Assembly: GCF_006345805.1 (NCBI RefSeq)
Contig: NW_021833004.1
Coordinates: forward strand, 1 to 58,712
Reading direction: 5' to 3'
Length of the DNA stretch: 58,712 bases
Source of the DNA: Octopus sinensis
Lineage: Eukaryota
Position numbers and translations under genes: made by a program. This document shows positions 11,611 to 24,042 of the stretch, piece after piece; the stretch's first letter is position 1, and each line of letters starts with the position of its first letter. Under the pieces are notes generated by a model. The model made no database searches, had not been told where the DNA came from, and saw only the letters and a list, made by a program, of their open reading frames with translations.

Positions 11611-12914
11611 ATAATAATAATAGGCTGACGATATGTGCATCTCTGATCACGAGCAGAAGTATTGGGGGAGCATCATAACCATGTGTTGAGAGGGATTCTT
11701 TGGGGTTTGAATAATTAACCTCTGGAAACATGGGTGATTCGTTCAACATCCTTAAACAACCCTTATTCAGGGACCTTTTGAGCGGGATGGGTTACTTGAC
11801 CAAAAGAAATGTCTAACTAGGCCCCACCTGCAAGGTCATGCGCTGTTTATCTTGATATGAGATCACCATGTCGCGCACATTTGGATGTGATGCATGTGAC
11901 TGGTGTACCCTTATCCGACGTCGAATGCTGGCTTGTGCCAAAATTAGACATTATTTTGGATTTTAAAACCCTTAACTGTATCTCACCAGGAAAACAAAAA
12001 AAAAAAAAAAAAAAAACGGGGCAATTAAACAGATGAGGTGGGGAGCGAGTAGCGGACTACACACCCCCAAACAAATTGTTTAGCCTCACTTGTAGATATG
12101 ACTGCAAAAACGTTGCCGCGGAGAACGGTCGGTGACATTCGCTGTTACAACGACCCCACTTCGCGCATCTCAATTCTCAGATGCATCGGATGTTATCCAG
12201 ATTTTGCAAAGGATATAAATCTGCAGTGCAGGGTTCGAAAACACCCGAGGTCTCCATTGTAGGGTAGGTGCAAGAGGCTGGATCTGGTAGTTTTGAACAA
12301 GACATCAAATCGAATAAATTGGTCCTGGTATGGCCAGTTTAAACGCCAGTGTTAAATAATATGCTTTATAAATATGCTAGAAAAATTTTGCCCGAATATG
12401 CTCTGCAGAAATTGGAATACATCTTTGTATACCCATGCAGCCTTTAACGCCATCATATCCGTGTCTGCAGATATTTCTTCCTTACTTTATAGTTTGCCAT
12501 TGGATTGTGGCCATGCTGGGGCAGCGCCTTTGTAGATGTAGTCGGTCTTGTCCCGGACCACTAGAGATGGAGGTAAATAAACCAACACAAGTTGCCAAGC
12601 AGATATAATAATGCATGCCAAATTCAGAAGGCCTAAGTCGTTTTTTTATCCAAGATGCAACCCCAAGCGAGTTCATTTGACTGCGGCCAGACTGGAGCAC
12701 CACCTTGAAAAAAATAATCAACAAAACTCTAACACTTCTGCTTCGATGATGCCTTATCCATTAGGCCACAAGGCCTTTTTTTTATTTTTTTTTTACACAC
12801 GAAATCAAACAAGGGAGCAGGAATTACGCGACTCCATTAGCTTGCAGTTGTTTCTGCTGCTATAAGCTGCAAACGTAGCGCTTTATCCATCACCTTGTAG
12901 CTTCCACAGAGCTC

Positions 12915-12986
12915 TTTCTCACACACCACCAACAAAAAATAAGAAATCACGAAACTTCATTTTCAATTTTATCATGAAACTTTATT
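12915..12986 (-). terminator. Distal polyadenylation signal and downstream GU/U-rich element
   Basis: AATAAA on the minus strand at 12981-12986, followed about 30 nt later by GTTTCGTGATTTCTTATTTTTTGTTGGTGGTGTGTG. Confidence 0.55.
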
Positions 12987-14095
12987 TCACAGAATAGACA
13001 ATAAAACACAAAACATAAATTAATTAAAGGGGGCGGGGAGCAACCCCCAACTGTATTGCAAATAATAATAATAATAATGATACAGTTGGGTTTTTTAGTT
13101 TACATTGGTCAGAGTAAAAACTTTTAGCACAGTGTTTTTCTTCTCAGATTTTAACTGAAGAATTATTAAAAAAAAAAATTAATAAAACATTGAAATACTG
13201 ACCAAATTGACAAATTAATTTAATTACGTTTAATTACGAAATATTGATAATAAATATCTTTTGCTTTTTTTTTTTTAGTTTTTATTTCTGATTTTTTTTG
13301 TTTGTTATAAGTTAGGAGAAAACTGGAATAATTTATTAATTAGCAAAGATTCTTTTTTTTAGTTTTTGTGGGGGTTTTTTTTTTACACTTATTTAATATT
13401 TTAAGATAAATACATTACTGAAGTAAGGTAGCTCTTAGCCAGAACGCCTTGAGTGCGTGTGGTGTGTGTGTGTGCACGAGCATGTGTGTATAAAAAGTAG
13501 ACAGATGTTATTGTTTACATTATATACAACACAAACGTGTGCACACAGAAGTGGGGGAAAGAGAAGAGAAAAAGAATATTTTTAATTAAAAAAAACTTTT
13601 GTAAAAAAAACTCATTTAAAACTACAGAAAGTGTTGAACTACAAACGCAGATTAATTAAAGGGGGTAGATTGGTGGGGTAACAACAAAACGGGTGGGTAT
13701 CCGTTGTTGGCAGCCAAGTTGAAAAGTTACTGCCTAAACAAACAATTATATAAATACATATATATAATGTAATTGTAATGAAATTGTGTATATGTAAGGA
13801 ACATCGAAGGCAAAAGTGAACTTTCAGTCCTTCCTTCCCCCACGTACACATCGTCTCCCCCACCACACCTCCTTCGTAAAGAGGGGGGGTACTTGATTGT
13901 ACACCCGCCCACTAATACTTAGCCAAATTACTAACGGAAAGAAAAAGAAAAAATTAATCACTACACAGAAATTTGTCTTCAAGCATATAAATTAAGATAG
14001 GAAAAGGGGTACAAGGAAGCCAAAAAAAAATAGGGGTCACAGAGAAATTATGTTACAAGTTGTTCATCTTTCTTCAGGTTTTATTTTAAAGAATG

Positions 14096-14128
14096 AAATA
14101 AATATTAAATAAATAATAGAATAAATAG
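14096..14128 (-). promoter_or_regulatory. Distal AU-rich element in 3' UTR
   Basis: Minus strand reads UAUUUAUUCUAUUAUUUAUUUAAUAUUUAUUU, with a nonamer at 14108-14116. Confidence 0.5.
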
Positions 14129-17100
14129 AAAAAAGTCGGAAAAAATCCTTATTTTAATGGAGGGTTAAATAGGTTGGGAAACTGGGGGGTGGATAAGGGG
14201 CTAGATCTTAAGGGATTAAGATTTGGGAAGGTAAGGCATTTTAAACTTATTTCCGTCATTTTAGTTAAAAGGTAACACTGCCATTTTATTTATTATTTTA
14301 TAATTTGATTTGAAATTAAAATTTTGAGATTTACTTAGAAACTGACAAAGTTTGAGAAAATCATGTTTGGTACAAAAAAAATTAATGGAACATTTGAAAA
14401 TTTAACAGAAAATTTAGATTTTTGCATCTTCATATCTGGGACTGCTTTTGGATGTTCTTTGATACAAAAATTTACCAAATATTAGACTGATGAACATTTT
14501 GAAATTTGGTATATTTTTGTATTCAAGCATCAAAGGCAGTCCCAAACATGGATTTAAATTGGAACATAATTGGAACATTTTAAAATTGAAGATTTTTCTA
14601 TCCAAGAACAACCAAAGGCAGTGCTTAGACATGGATCTAAAATGGAATATTTTTTTTAATTTGGCAGATTTTTTTTGTATTAAGAAGCCGTCCGAAACGT
14701 GGATTAAATTTATTACAAATAAGAAGGTAGGTAATGTTTACTACTGCTTAAGACTAAGGAAGATTTAGGTTAGGTTCATTTCGGTTAAATTGGCAACATG
14801 CCATGTACATACTACAGTGCTGTGTATGTTAGGTCATAGGCCTGGAAAAAGATCAAAGAGATTAGAGGGGAGGGGAGAATCGGAGTAGAAAAATAAAAAC
14901 ACTTTACCGCCAGCCAGCAACCAAGATATGCAGGAAGGTCGGGGGAGGGGGAGGGGCACTACCTTATCTCACCTGCTAATATAGTGAAGCTTAAACATAT
15001 GCGACTGTTTAAGTACAGTGGTGGTGGTCATAAGTGGGAACACTTCCTAGGCACTCATTAACATCGTTAATACAAAAATAAGGCACTGATTAAATTTGGT
15101 CCCAGTATTTTTTAGCAGTGCTGAGTTCTCCCATAGTTATTGCATTGCCATTGGTTCCTTCTCAACAGGGATTTTAAGGGAATGGGTTAACCAATAAATG
15201 AACCTTGGCAATAAAGGGTCATGGGGAAAAGGAAACTAAAATTTTCAATTTAATACTTTTTCATAAGAAATGCTACAAATAGTTCCCTTTTTCTGAAACC
15301 CTACCATTGTCCATTTCTACAGAGGACATGTGTAATTTAATAGCACATATATACCACATGTATATAAAACATGTATGCCATGTAGGAAGTTTCTTAAGCT
15401 TTGGTGTAATTTTGTAAGGAACCCACTTTATTCAACCAAATGAAACGGATTCTGGCAATGCAATCCCCATATAGGTCCTAAATTGTAAAAGGTGCCGGTT
15501 TTGAAGGTAATTATCATAATTGATTATTAATAAGGGAGAAAGTTTTGAGCCTTAATTTATAGAACACCGGGGTGACTAATACACAGAAAAAAGGGGGGGA
15601 AGAGACTGGCCCGGATGAAAGTGTGGAAGGAAGTTAGGAATATTGAAGAAGGAACGAGTATGAAGCTGAGGAAAGTAGGGGGTTGAGACAGGGGACGATA
15701 ATGTAAAGAGGATACTATAGGGGTATTATCAGGGCCTTGGTTATGGTCAAGGGTGATTGGGGAGGCACGGGTATTTGCACAATATTGGCTCTAAATTCTT
15801 GTTTAAAGTTAATTTGTGTAGGAAGCATTTGATTAGAATAAAACATCTAGACACACATGTACATATGAAAATATATATATCTATACATATATATATATAT
15901 ACACACACACATAGCGTGTGTACAATTGTGTGTATGCAATGGTTAAGTGTTTAAAATGCAAAATAATGGGGAGGGGTCAGAGGATTAAGTTTTGTTAAAA
16001 AAAAAATGGATATGAAAATTTTGTAAAAATTTGAGAAAAAATGTTTTTAAATTAGTTTTGATGACGTAACAAATAAAGCTCAATTTTTCACACATCTCTT
16101 GTTTTTCTGTTTGAAAAAAAAAAAAAAAAAGCAAACTTTTTATAAGAGAAAAAAAGGGATATATATATATACACACACAGAGAAAAAAAAAATATTTCAA
16201 ATTGATTTGGTCCCATAGTTGCAGCAATTTTAAAATTTTTATGTCCTGTTTCAAAAAACCAAGTTAGGACAGTTTCAACATTTAAAAATCAAAAGCATAC
16301 AGAATTGTATTGGTAGAGGGAAGGGGAGAAAAGTCTTGTCATCTTGATAAGATGATCTCGGCGGGAATGAAAGTTTGTTTTTGTTTTTTTTTTAAGGGGG
16401 CCCTTTTTGCACCTAAATATTTAATAAGCTATAACCAGCCCCTATCGGAGGTTAAGAAAAACATTCTCCCTTCACCTCATCCATAAACGTTTAAAATCCC
16501 TCTTTATGTTTTAAGCCAAACAGGTAACTTCAAAATCTTCCCCTCTTCCTTACTTTGGTCCCATGGAAGAAAAATTGTGGAGAAAAATCTTTGAGATAAT
16601 AATACATCTTTCTTCTTTTACATTTAGAATATTTTTGGAAGGAGGGGAAGATAAAATACCATTAAAATTTTTTTTTTATGAAGAAAAAAAAAAAAAAAAA
16701 AAAAATTTCCCTTATTTGTGTAAGCCTAGAAAATCCAAAGATGATTAAGGGTTTACTTCTCTTCCCCCCCCCCATTCCAAATAATGAGATTATGGTTTTA
16801 CAACAAAAAATATTTTTAAATTAAGAAAAAGAAAAAATGGATACACCATTGATCGCCTAACAGAACATGGGTTCCAGAATGGTCCCTTATATTTTAAGGG
16901 GGAGGGGGCGTACATTCATTATAAATTCGGTTTTAAATTATGGGTTTGATTTTTCACAATTTGTTACAAGAACAGAAATCAAGAAAGTGTTATCTTGGTT
17001 TGTTCTTGGACAGGTTTTCCCTTATTCCACACGAAAATTTAACCATTTCAAGTTCACAGGAATCCGCACAATTAATTACTAACGAAAACAAGACAGGCAG

Positions 17101-19420
17101 GGTTAGGTGGATGGGTGGGTGGGAGAATGCTGCACCAAACTGTTAACATTTTTTTTTCATAATCAGTAAAATGTTTTGAGTAAATTAAAAAAATTGTTAA
17201 TTGGTTTAAAGAGAAAATAAATAAAAATTGGTCCCACAGAAAGGATTTCAGTCAGCCATAAAAGGGTTTACACATACACCCTACTTGCTCCTTAACACTT
17301 GATGCATTAATTCACAAGACACAGGTGGGATGTGGGGGTGATGCAGGGGCAGAGGTAATTACTTTGTCACCTTAAAAAGCAAGGGACATCTTGCTTCCTG
17401 TATCACCTGAAGTGGAATCCAAACAACCCAGCAAGCAAGAATTAGGTGAAAATAAAAATATTTTCTGAAATAGTCTCAAAGATTCTATGATTCTAAACAG
17501 TTGTCTGCTCCCTTAAATAAAATTTAAAATTAAATAAAGTTTAATAAATATTTCCTAATTTTCGGTGGGTTTGCATATAAGTTATCACTTAACTTTTTAG
17601 CTTTTCCTTGGTCCCTAATATTGTTTTGTTACCCTTCAGAACTTTCATCACAAATTTTGTTTTGTTAATGTTTTTAAAGATTTGATTCAGTCTTAGCATA
17701 AAGCTTTTAAAATGTTAAAATTTTTCATCTTCAAAAGTACCTTAAAATACATCACGTCTATACAAAGATATGATGTATGGGGTAGGTGTATGAATACACC
17801 GTGTATGTATGTATATATATATATATATGTGCACACACAGACACTATGATATTGTATGACCACATAAATTTATGAATATGCCAATGTAATACATGTACCT
17901 ACAGATAAAATCCAAAACTCAAGAAAGGTGCTAATAAATGGAGAAATATACTGGCTGACGATACATCGAAGAGGCCAGGGAACAGAAGAAAGAAGACATA
18001 CACCCAGCACCAGAGCTGAAGACACCTCCAAGGGGTGGGCGCCACGTCAAATCGGTAGAGGATTAGGGGCCGAAACCGGACGTGGTTCCTCCTGATGATG
18101 TCTTGAGCTAACTGGATCCTATAAAGAAGCTGTTGTGGTAGCAGACCACGAAACACGGTTGAAATTCCTAAGATAGGCAGAGAGAGACGAAGAAGGGGCC
18201 CAAAAGAAACATATTCAGGTCACCCCAAAGGGCTTCTAGCAGCAGAAGCCTCAACTACAATGGCGCTTGGTCCCACAGAGAACATTTCAAGTTACTTTTG
18301 GGTACCACCTCGTATACCATATAAGTATGCATTGTACACACCTAAGACATACAAACCCATTTAATTTTTCCATTCAATGAATGATAGCAAAAAGGGTTCC
18401 TATGTTATGTATGATAAGGGTCAGATGGGAGGGAGAGGTATTACATGGCGGTGGGAAGTGGGGGCGGGAAGAATTTAAGCTGCCATGGAATGGGTACATT
18501 AGGGTATCTTTTCAAAAAAAAAAAAAAAGGTGTAACAGATACTCATTTAGTCAACCTTGCTATTAGGGAGTATCTATCTTATGCATGAAGAAAAGATGCC
18601 TGCCCCTTCTCAAATGCAGAGGCAGGAGATTGACGAAGGGGTCATGAAGAAATTGCTATAAGGAACAGACAAGTTTTAATCAATCAAAAGAATTCTTATA
18701 ATTTCAAGCATTGTTTTTGATTTTCAACTACAGAACAAGAAGGGTCATTTGGGAAGTCTTTGAGAAAGACAGCACCTTGATGCAAATTCACTGCCAAGAG
18801 ATTTGTGAACGACATGCTGTATTGGTTGGCATTCACACCAGAAGATCCAATACGAACATTTCAGAGTGTTAGTCTGAGAGGATTCTGAAAGAGTTGGAAG
18901 GGTCTATAGATTACAAGAAGGTATGGCAGCTCGGAAGGCTCACTTTGATCATTCTGATAAGAAAAGAACCCCTGAACTTTTTAGTATGATGTGGGCCATG
19001 ATTGACAAAGTTCCCTCCAAGTCAGTGTGTATATATATGCACACGTGTGGGTGTGTCTATACATACACACACGCATGTATATATTACACACACATGTATA
19101 CATACATGCATGCATATATTACACACACATGTATGTATACATACATGCATATACTACACACATGTATGTATACACACTCATGCAAGCATATATGCACATA
19201 CATAAATCCATGTGCTTAATGAATGATGTTCATTTAGCTTTTCACACAATAATTATTGATAATTAGTAAAATTAATCAATAATTATTGCGGATTATCCAG
19301 ATATGACCCACCCTCACAGGATCAGAATCCCCAAATGGTAACAGGCACAGGAGTGAATAGTCAAGAGTGAAGCAGTAGGGTTCAAAGTTTAAGGCCCATA
19401 CGAGATGTGATGTGTGTATA

Positions 19421-19451
<31 letters not shown>

Positions 19452-19870
19452 TATTATACGAATCCATACGAATGGGATAAGAAAGAAAAAAACTGTTTAA
19501 TATACCCATATGAGATTTTATATGTTTGTGTGTGTATACGTGTATGTATGTATAAATATACACACACACACACATATATACACACATAAAATAAATCAAT
19601 ATATAATTTAGCTGATGAGAGGGGATAGAAGATATGTTTTGATGTAATTAAAACAAATCGTGGTCAAATAGAATACGTGTAAGTGTGTGCGATTTACTAA
19701 TTGAAAAATCTTAACGAAGTATGGTAATTGGCAAATAGACAAAAGAGAGCAAGACAACATGAATAGGAAGTTTTCTATTATTCCACAGAACCGCAACCCT
19801 GCCCTTCTTAAAACCTCAAGAGCAGGAGGGCAGGGTCCGATTAAACAGGTTGTTTAAATACAACTAAAAA

Positions 19871-20040
19871 TAAATATAAAAATAAATAAAGCACCTGTTT
19901 TTTGTTTTTATTTCGTTTGTTATTTTATTTTATTCTTGGTCACATTTTTTGTTTTTTAGTTTTATATAATTATTATTATTATTATTATTAATGTATGTTT
20001 TGTTTTGTTTGTTGTTTTCAAATAAATAAATAAATTAAAT
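19871..20040 (-). promoter_or_regulatory. AU-rich element cluster in 3' UTR
   Basis: UUAUUUAUU nonamers at 19881-19889, 20021-20029 and 20025-20033 (overlapping AUUUA pentamers). Confidence 0.6.
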
Positions 20041-21411
20041 CGAATATTTAATAACTTAAGAGGCAATGAAAAAGGAAAAAAAAAAATATATATATAATCC
20101 CTTTGTCTTGGAGGGAGGGAAGAAACAAATTAACTGACCGACCCCTACGCCGCCAAGACAAAGACTAACACACACACACCCACCAACCCACCCATACTGC
20201 CCCCTGCCCTTTTTCTCCTGGGTAGAAATTAAATGCCAACTCTTGTAAAATCAGGGGACAGGGGGAGAGTTTTTTGTGTATAGGGAAAGAGGAAGAGATT
20301 AACAGCAAACTATATCCTGCATGTATGTATATGTCTATAAACATGCAGTATATGTATATATACATTATACACACTGGACAATCATTCCCTCACTTCAGTT
20401 ATTAAATACATACATACATATATACATATATATACATGTATATATATGTGTGTATGTTTTAAACTTGATATGTGGAAAGGGAGAAAGTTATATAGAAATT
20501 AAAATAGCATATATATTATATATATACACATGCACATTGGAAGGGGTCTTATTTTCCCCTTAGGCAGAAAAAGTCTATTGCCTTTGTTTCAGCATAATGG
20601 ATTCTCAGGAAGTGAAAACCTTCAATGTTTTTGATATAATTTTACAATTATCGCAAGAAACGAAGTTTTAAGTTTCTCTCCTCCAATGTAATTAAGAGTT
20701 AATATTAATTCAGGGTGGTTACGCTGGGTACTTCTTGTAAATGGGTGGGGAGAAGTCTTAGAATGTGGGGTAATTTTTTTATTTTAAAAATATGGTTAAA
20801 AACTTTTTTTCATTTTGGATATCGCAGTCCGAGAGAAAGCAGTTTGTTTCTTTTTTTTCAAAATGAAGAAAAAAAAATTTTAATTTATAAATTACAAAAT
20901 GTGGGATTCCTGATATTTTAACATATGCATGTTAAAATATATGTATTTCGTTGCTAATTTTAATTTATATATTTCACATTAAAAGGCCCAAATTTAGCAA
21001 TACTGTTTTTTTTTATATATGTAGAGACTAACTTAAAATTGATGAAACCCGAGAAAGAGAGGAAGGGTCAGCTTTGAGCAGAGAGGTTGGCAAGTGTTGT
21101 GTGTACATGCAATATTAATGTTAACGAGAGCTTGTGTGTTAAATGATTGCTTCTACATTGTTGTCGTCATCAGCACAGCAATTTGTTGTAAAGGTAGGAT
21201 TGAAATGTTTTAAAGTTAATTAATTAGAAGATGAAGGAGTTGGAGAGCATGGCTTGTTCGTTAAAACAAGCGGCTTTGAAGAGACCAGACACCAAAAAAA
21301 GGATTCGCTTTTTTTTTTTTGGCTGTCTGTTTGTCTCTCTCTCACTGTCACTCTCTCTCTCTCTCTCTCTCTTCATTTCTTTTAATGAACAAACAGGTTT
21401 AAAAGACATCC

Positions 21412-23427
21412 TTACGCCTCCAAATCGGTCCACATTGGCATTCTGGAAGTAGCAAAGGGTTTCTCGGCGGCTCCCAAACTGAAGAAAGCGTCGTAGGTCG
21501 ACGAGGAGGACAGAGAAGACGAAGACGAAGAATTCGACGAGATGTGAGCTGCTCCAGAAGGGTCGTTGAGAGTTTGGTAAAACATCTTGTATGAAGACTG
21601 ACCAGGTGAAGTAAAACTGCCGGTTCCGCTGGTGTAGTCCTGTCCGGTCAAGTTGAAAGCATTGAAGGGGTGGAAGCTGTTCTCGTAGGTCTCATGCTGT
21701 CGCACCGTCTCGTAGGGGAGCGGTGGTGGCGTCGTAGGTGTGCCAGGAGCATTTGGGGACAATCTGGAGGTGGCCAAAGCGAGCTCGTCCCCAACGTTGT
21801 GAGAGGAGGACATGGCGAGTCTCCCGAGAGCGGACAAATTGCTGGACAACCCCGTAGCCGTCGAAGAAGAGAGCATACCGTTAATATTATTGATGTGGTT
21901 GTTGTTATTGTTGATGTTGTTGCCTCCCATGTTGCTGCTGTTGATGATGATGAGGCTGGATGGTCCAGCGGAGTTTGAGGTGGTCGAAGTGGTGAAAGAT
22001 GGGGTTGTGGCGGCGTTCATGTTATTCAGGTGGTTGTTGTAGATGTTAATATTATTGTTGTTGTTGTTGTTTGGGAAATCGTCGCCGAAGAAGAGAGGAC
22101 TCTGCCGGTTGAGACTCCTCGTCGGACTCTCGCTGACGCTGGACGGAGGGGGAGAGTCACCTGTGGATCCAAGAGAAGGTGGGCTGGAGTTGTAACTGAT
22201 CAGCTTAGGCCTGCTGTTGTTAGCACCGAATGCGGCGCCACCTGTTGGAGACAGTCGTGAACTATAGAACGGGGAGAATTGAGGAAGAGGTGGCGAGTGC
22301 TGGGGTGACAAGCTGGAAGGCCCTGTCAATAGTGAAACCCCATTAGTACCACTGGTACCGTTTTGGCTGTAGTGACTGCTGCTGTTGCTATGGTACTGCT
22401 GTTGCTGTTGATGGCTGAGACCAGACTCTTTTAACAAGGAACTTTGGTGGTGGTGATGGTGAGAGTTGTGTTGCTGGTGGGGCGAGTGGTGGGGGAGGTG
22501 GAGGGGAGGTGGAGAGGTGGCGGCCGCAGTGCTCGTGGGGCCGGCGACCCCGATTGCATTGCTGTTGACAGCATTGTGAAGACTGACGGACAGGCCGGGA
22601 GACGGGGATGACGAGGAGGAAGACGAAGGTGACCCACCACCGGACGACATGGCCCCACCGGCGGCAGCGGAAGTGTTGGAGGAGCAGCTGGAAGCGGTGG
22701 TACCTGAAGAGGTCTTGCGCTCGTTCTCGTTGTGGATAAAGTGGCACCGAGGACCGTAGGGGCAGAAGCCGCTGGAATGGTAAGTGCGGCAGGGTTCCGT
22801 CTTGTACTTTGGGTGCCTGGCTGGCGTCCTCAGCTCCGTGGTGCCATGGGCATAGCGGCACTTCTCACCATATTTGCATTGACGACTCTCATCATAGGAA
22901 CGACAAAGTTCTGTCTTGTACTTGTTAGAATTTATTTGACTCAGGCTGCTGCTGCTGCCACTGCTGCTACTACTGCTACAACTACCAACACCATTATTAT
23001 TGTTGTTGTTGTTGTTATTGTGGTGGTTGCCGTTGTGGTGGTGGTGGCCATTGGCGATGGCTGCAGAGCGAGAGGAATCGGCAGGTTCACTCATGCTGCG
23101 ATCCAATTTGCAAGGATGAGACGGAACCATTGTGCTATGGGAGGTGTTGTTGTTGCCGTTGTTGTTACCTCCTGGCCCACTGGATGAGATCAAGGAATTA
23201 TGGCTGTTCAAACGCATGTAGTATTGGGCCGACGAAGACGTAGACGATGTGGTGTTGCTGTTTGACGAAGTGGATATGATGGACACGGATGACGCTCCGA
23301 CTGGAGGCGCGCCAGACGATAGGGTAATCTTCCGATTGCGAGACGCAGACGAGCCGATATCCACTGGGCCACCAACTGCTTTACGATCGATTGTGGTCGA
23401 AGATCTGTGAGAAACCGAGTTCGGAGT
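21412..23427 (-). CDS. tis11: TIS11/ZFP36-family (tristetraprolin/ZFP36L1/L2-like) tandem CCCH zinc-finger mRNA decay activator, main coding exon 2
   Basis: The 650-aa ORF holds two C-x8-C-x5-C-x3-H fingers with KYKTEL/KYKTEP lead-ins and an 18-aa linker. The frame stays open upstream of the track's GTG start to a TTTTATTTTCCAG acceptor at 23428-23430. This adds [21 protein letters not shown]; DRKAVG is the conserved N-terminal motif of ZFP36L1/L2. Stop TAA at 21412-21414. Confidence 0.96.
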   Translation of the reverse strand, partial: TPNSVSHRSSTTIDRKAVGGPVDIGSSASRNRKITLSSGAPPVGASSVSIISTSSNSNTTSSTSSSAQYYMRLNSHNSLISSSGPGGNNNGNNNTSHSTMVPSHPCKLDRSMSEPADSSRSAAIANGHHHHNGNHHNNNNNNNNNGVGSCSSSSSSGSSSSLSQINSNKYKTELCRSYDESRQCKYGEKCRYAHGTTELRTPARHPKYKTEPCRTYHSSGFCPYGPRCHFIHNENERKTSSGTTASSCSSNTSAAAGGAMSSGGGSPSSSSSSSPSPGLSVSLHNAVNSNAIGVAGPTSTAAATSPPPLHLPHHSPHQQHNSHHHHHQSSLLKESGLSHQQQQQYHSNSSSHYSQNGTSGTNGVSLLTGPSSLSPQHSPPLPQFSPFYSSRLSPTGGAAFGANNSRPKLISYNSSPPSLGSTGDSPPPSSVSESPTRSLNRQSPLFFGDDFPNNNNNNNINIYNNHLNNMNAATTPSFTTSTTSNSAGPSSLIIINSSNMGGNNINNNNNHINNINGMLSSSTATGLSSNLSALGRLAMSSSHNVGDELALATSRLSPNAPGTPTTPPPLPYETVRQHETYENSFHPFNAFNLTGQDYTSGTGSFTSPGQSSYKMFYQTLNDPSGAAHISSNSSSSSSLSSSSTYDAFFSLGAAEKPFATSRMPMWTDLEA
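22732..22923 (-). other. Tandem CCCH zinc-finger (TZF) RNA-binding domain
   Basis: [64 protein letters not shown]. Confidence 0.97.
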
Positions 23428-23611
23428 CTGGAAAATAAAAATTAAAAAATAAATATTAAAAGACGATTAAAAAAAAAAAAAGCAAAATACAACAAGAAGA
23501 TCTGATATATACAGGCTAAACGAAAATTTTTCCTTTATATCCAAACCAGGCATTTGTTATCCAATATCTTATATTGCTTCCAGAACCATTCGAAAACATT
23601 TTAAACATATA

Positions 23612-23718
23612 CACACACGTACACTATGTATAAACGTATACACATACGCACACTATGTATAAACGTATACACATACGCACACTATGTATAAACGTATACA
23701 CGCGCACACGCACTATAT
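23612..23718. repeat. 28-bp tandem repeat (CACACTATGTATAAACGTATACACATACG-like) x3
   Basis: Directly visible. Confidence 0.8.
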
Positions 23719-23999
23719 AAAATTTACCTGGTAAGATATCCCAGTGTCACAGAGAAATCAAACCTAAAACCCAAAACGGATGGACAACCCAGTTATCGAT
23801 TGATAAGGGCACATCAGGGAACTTAAAAAGCTGCCGTCAAAACCTATACAACACAACAACTGCAACCATCCTTAGGTTTTAACTTGTATATTCGAAGACC
23901 ATAAGGGTTTAGCAATTTAATGATTCCAGTAGGCCAAACTGTAGAACCAGCGCTGAAGAGACACTGTATATAAATAACCTGTAGGATGAAACTAAATCG

Positions 24000-24042
<43 letters not shown>

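Larger units (their letters stand above)
12965..21411 (-). other. Probable very long 3' UTR of tis11 (~8.4 kb)
   Basis: Continuous U-rich (minus-strand) sequence without recognisable SINEs runs from the stop codon to an AATAAA plus GU-rich element. Transposon debris resumes just beyond it. Confidence 0.55.

Noticed and set aside
17945-18105. CTGACGA, GAAACCGG and CTGATGA words in a GC-richer 3' UTR patch, suggesting a hammerhead
   Set aside because: The stems do not close properly, the required U of the cleavage triplet is missing, and the words are antisense to the mRNA.
21670-23187. Overlapping antisense and alternative-frame ORFs within the tis11 exon
   Set aside because: They are shadows of a GC-richer, repeat-rich coding exon and show no recognisable domains.
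23728-23763. 36-nt AG/GT-bounded possible poison exon (GTT TGA...)
   Set aside because: Weak polypyrimidine tract; such matches are expected by chance in 17 kb of intron.
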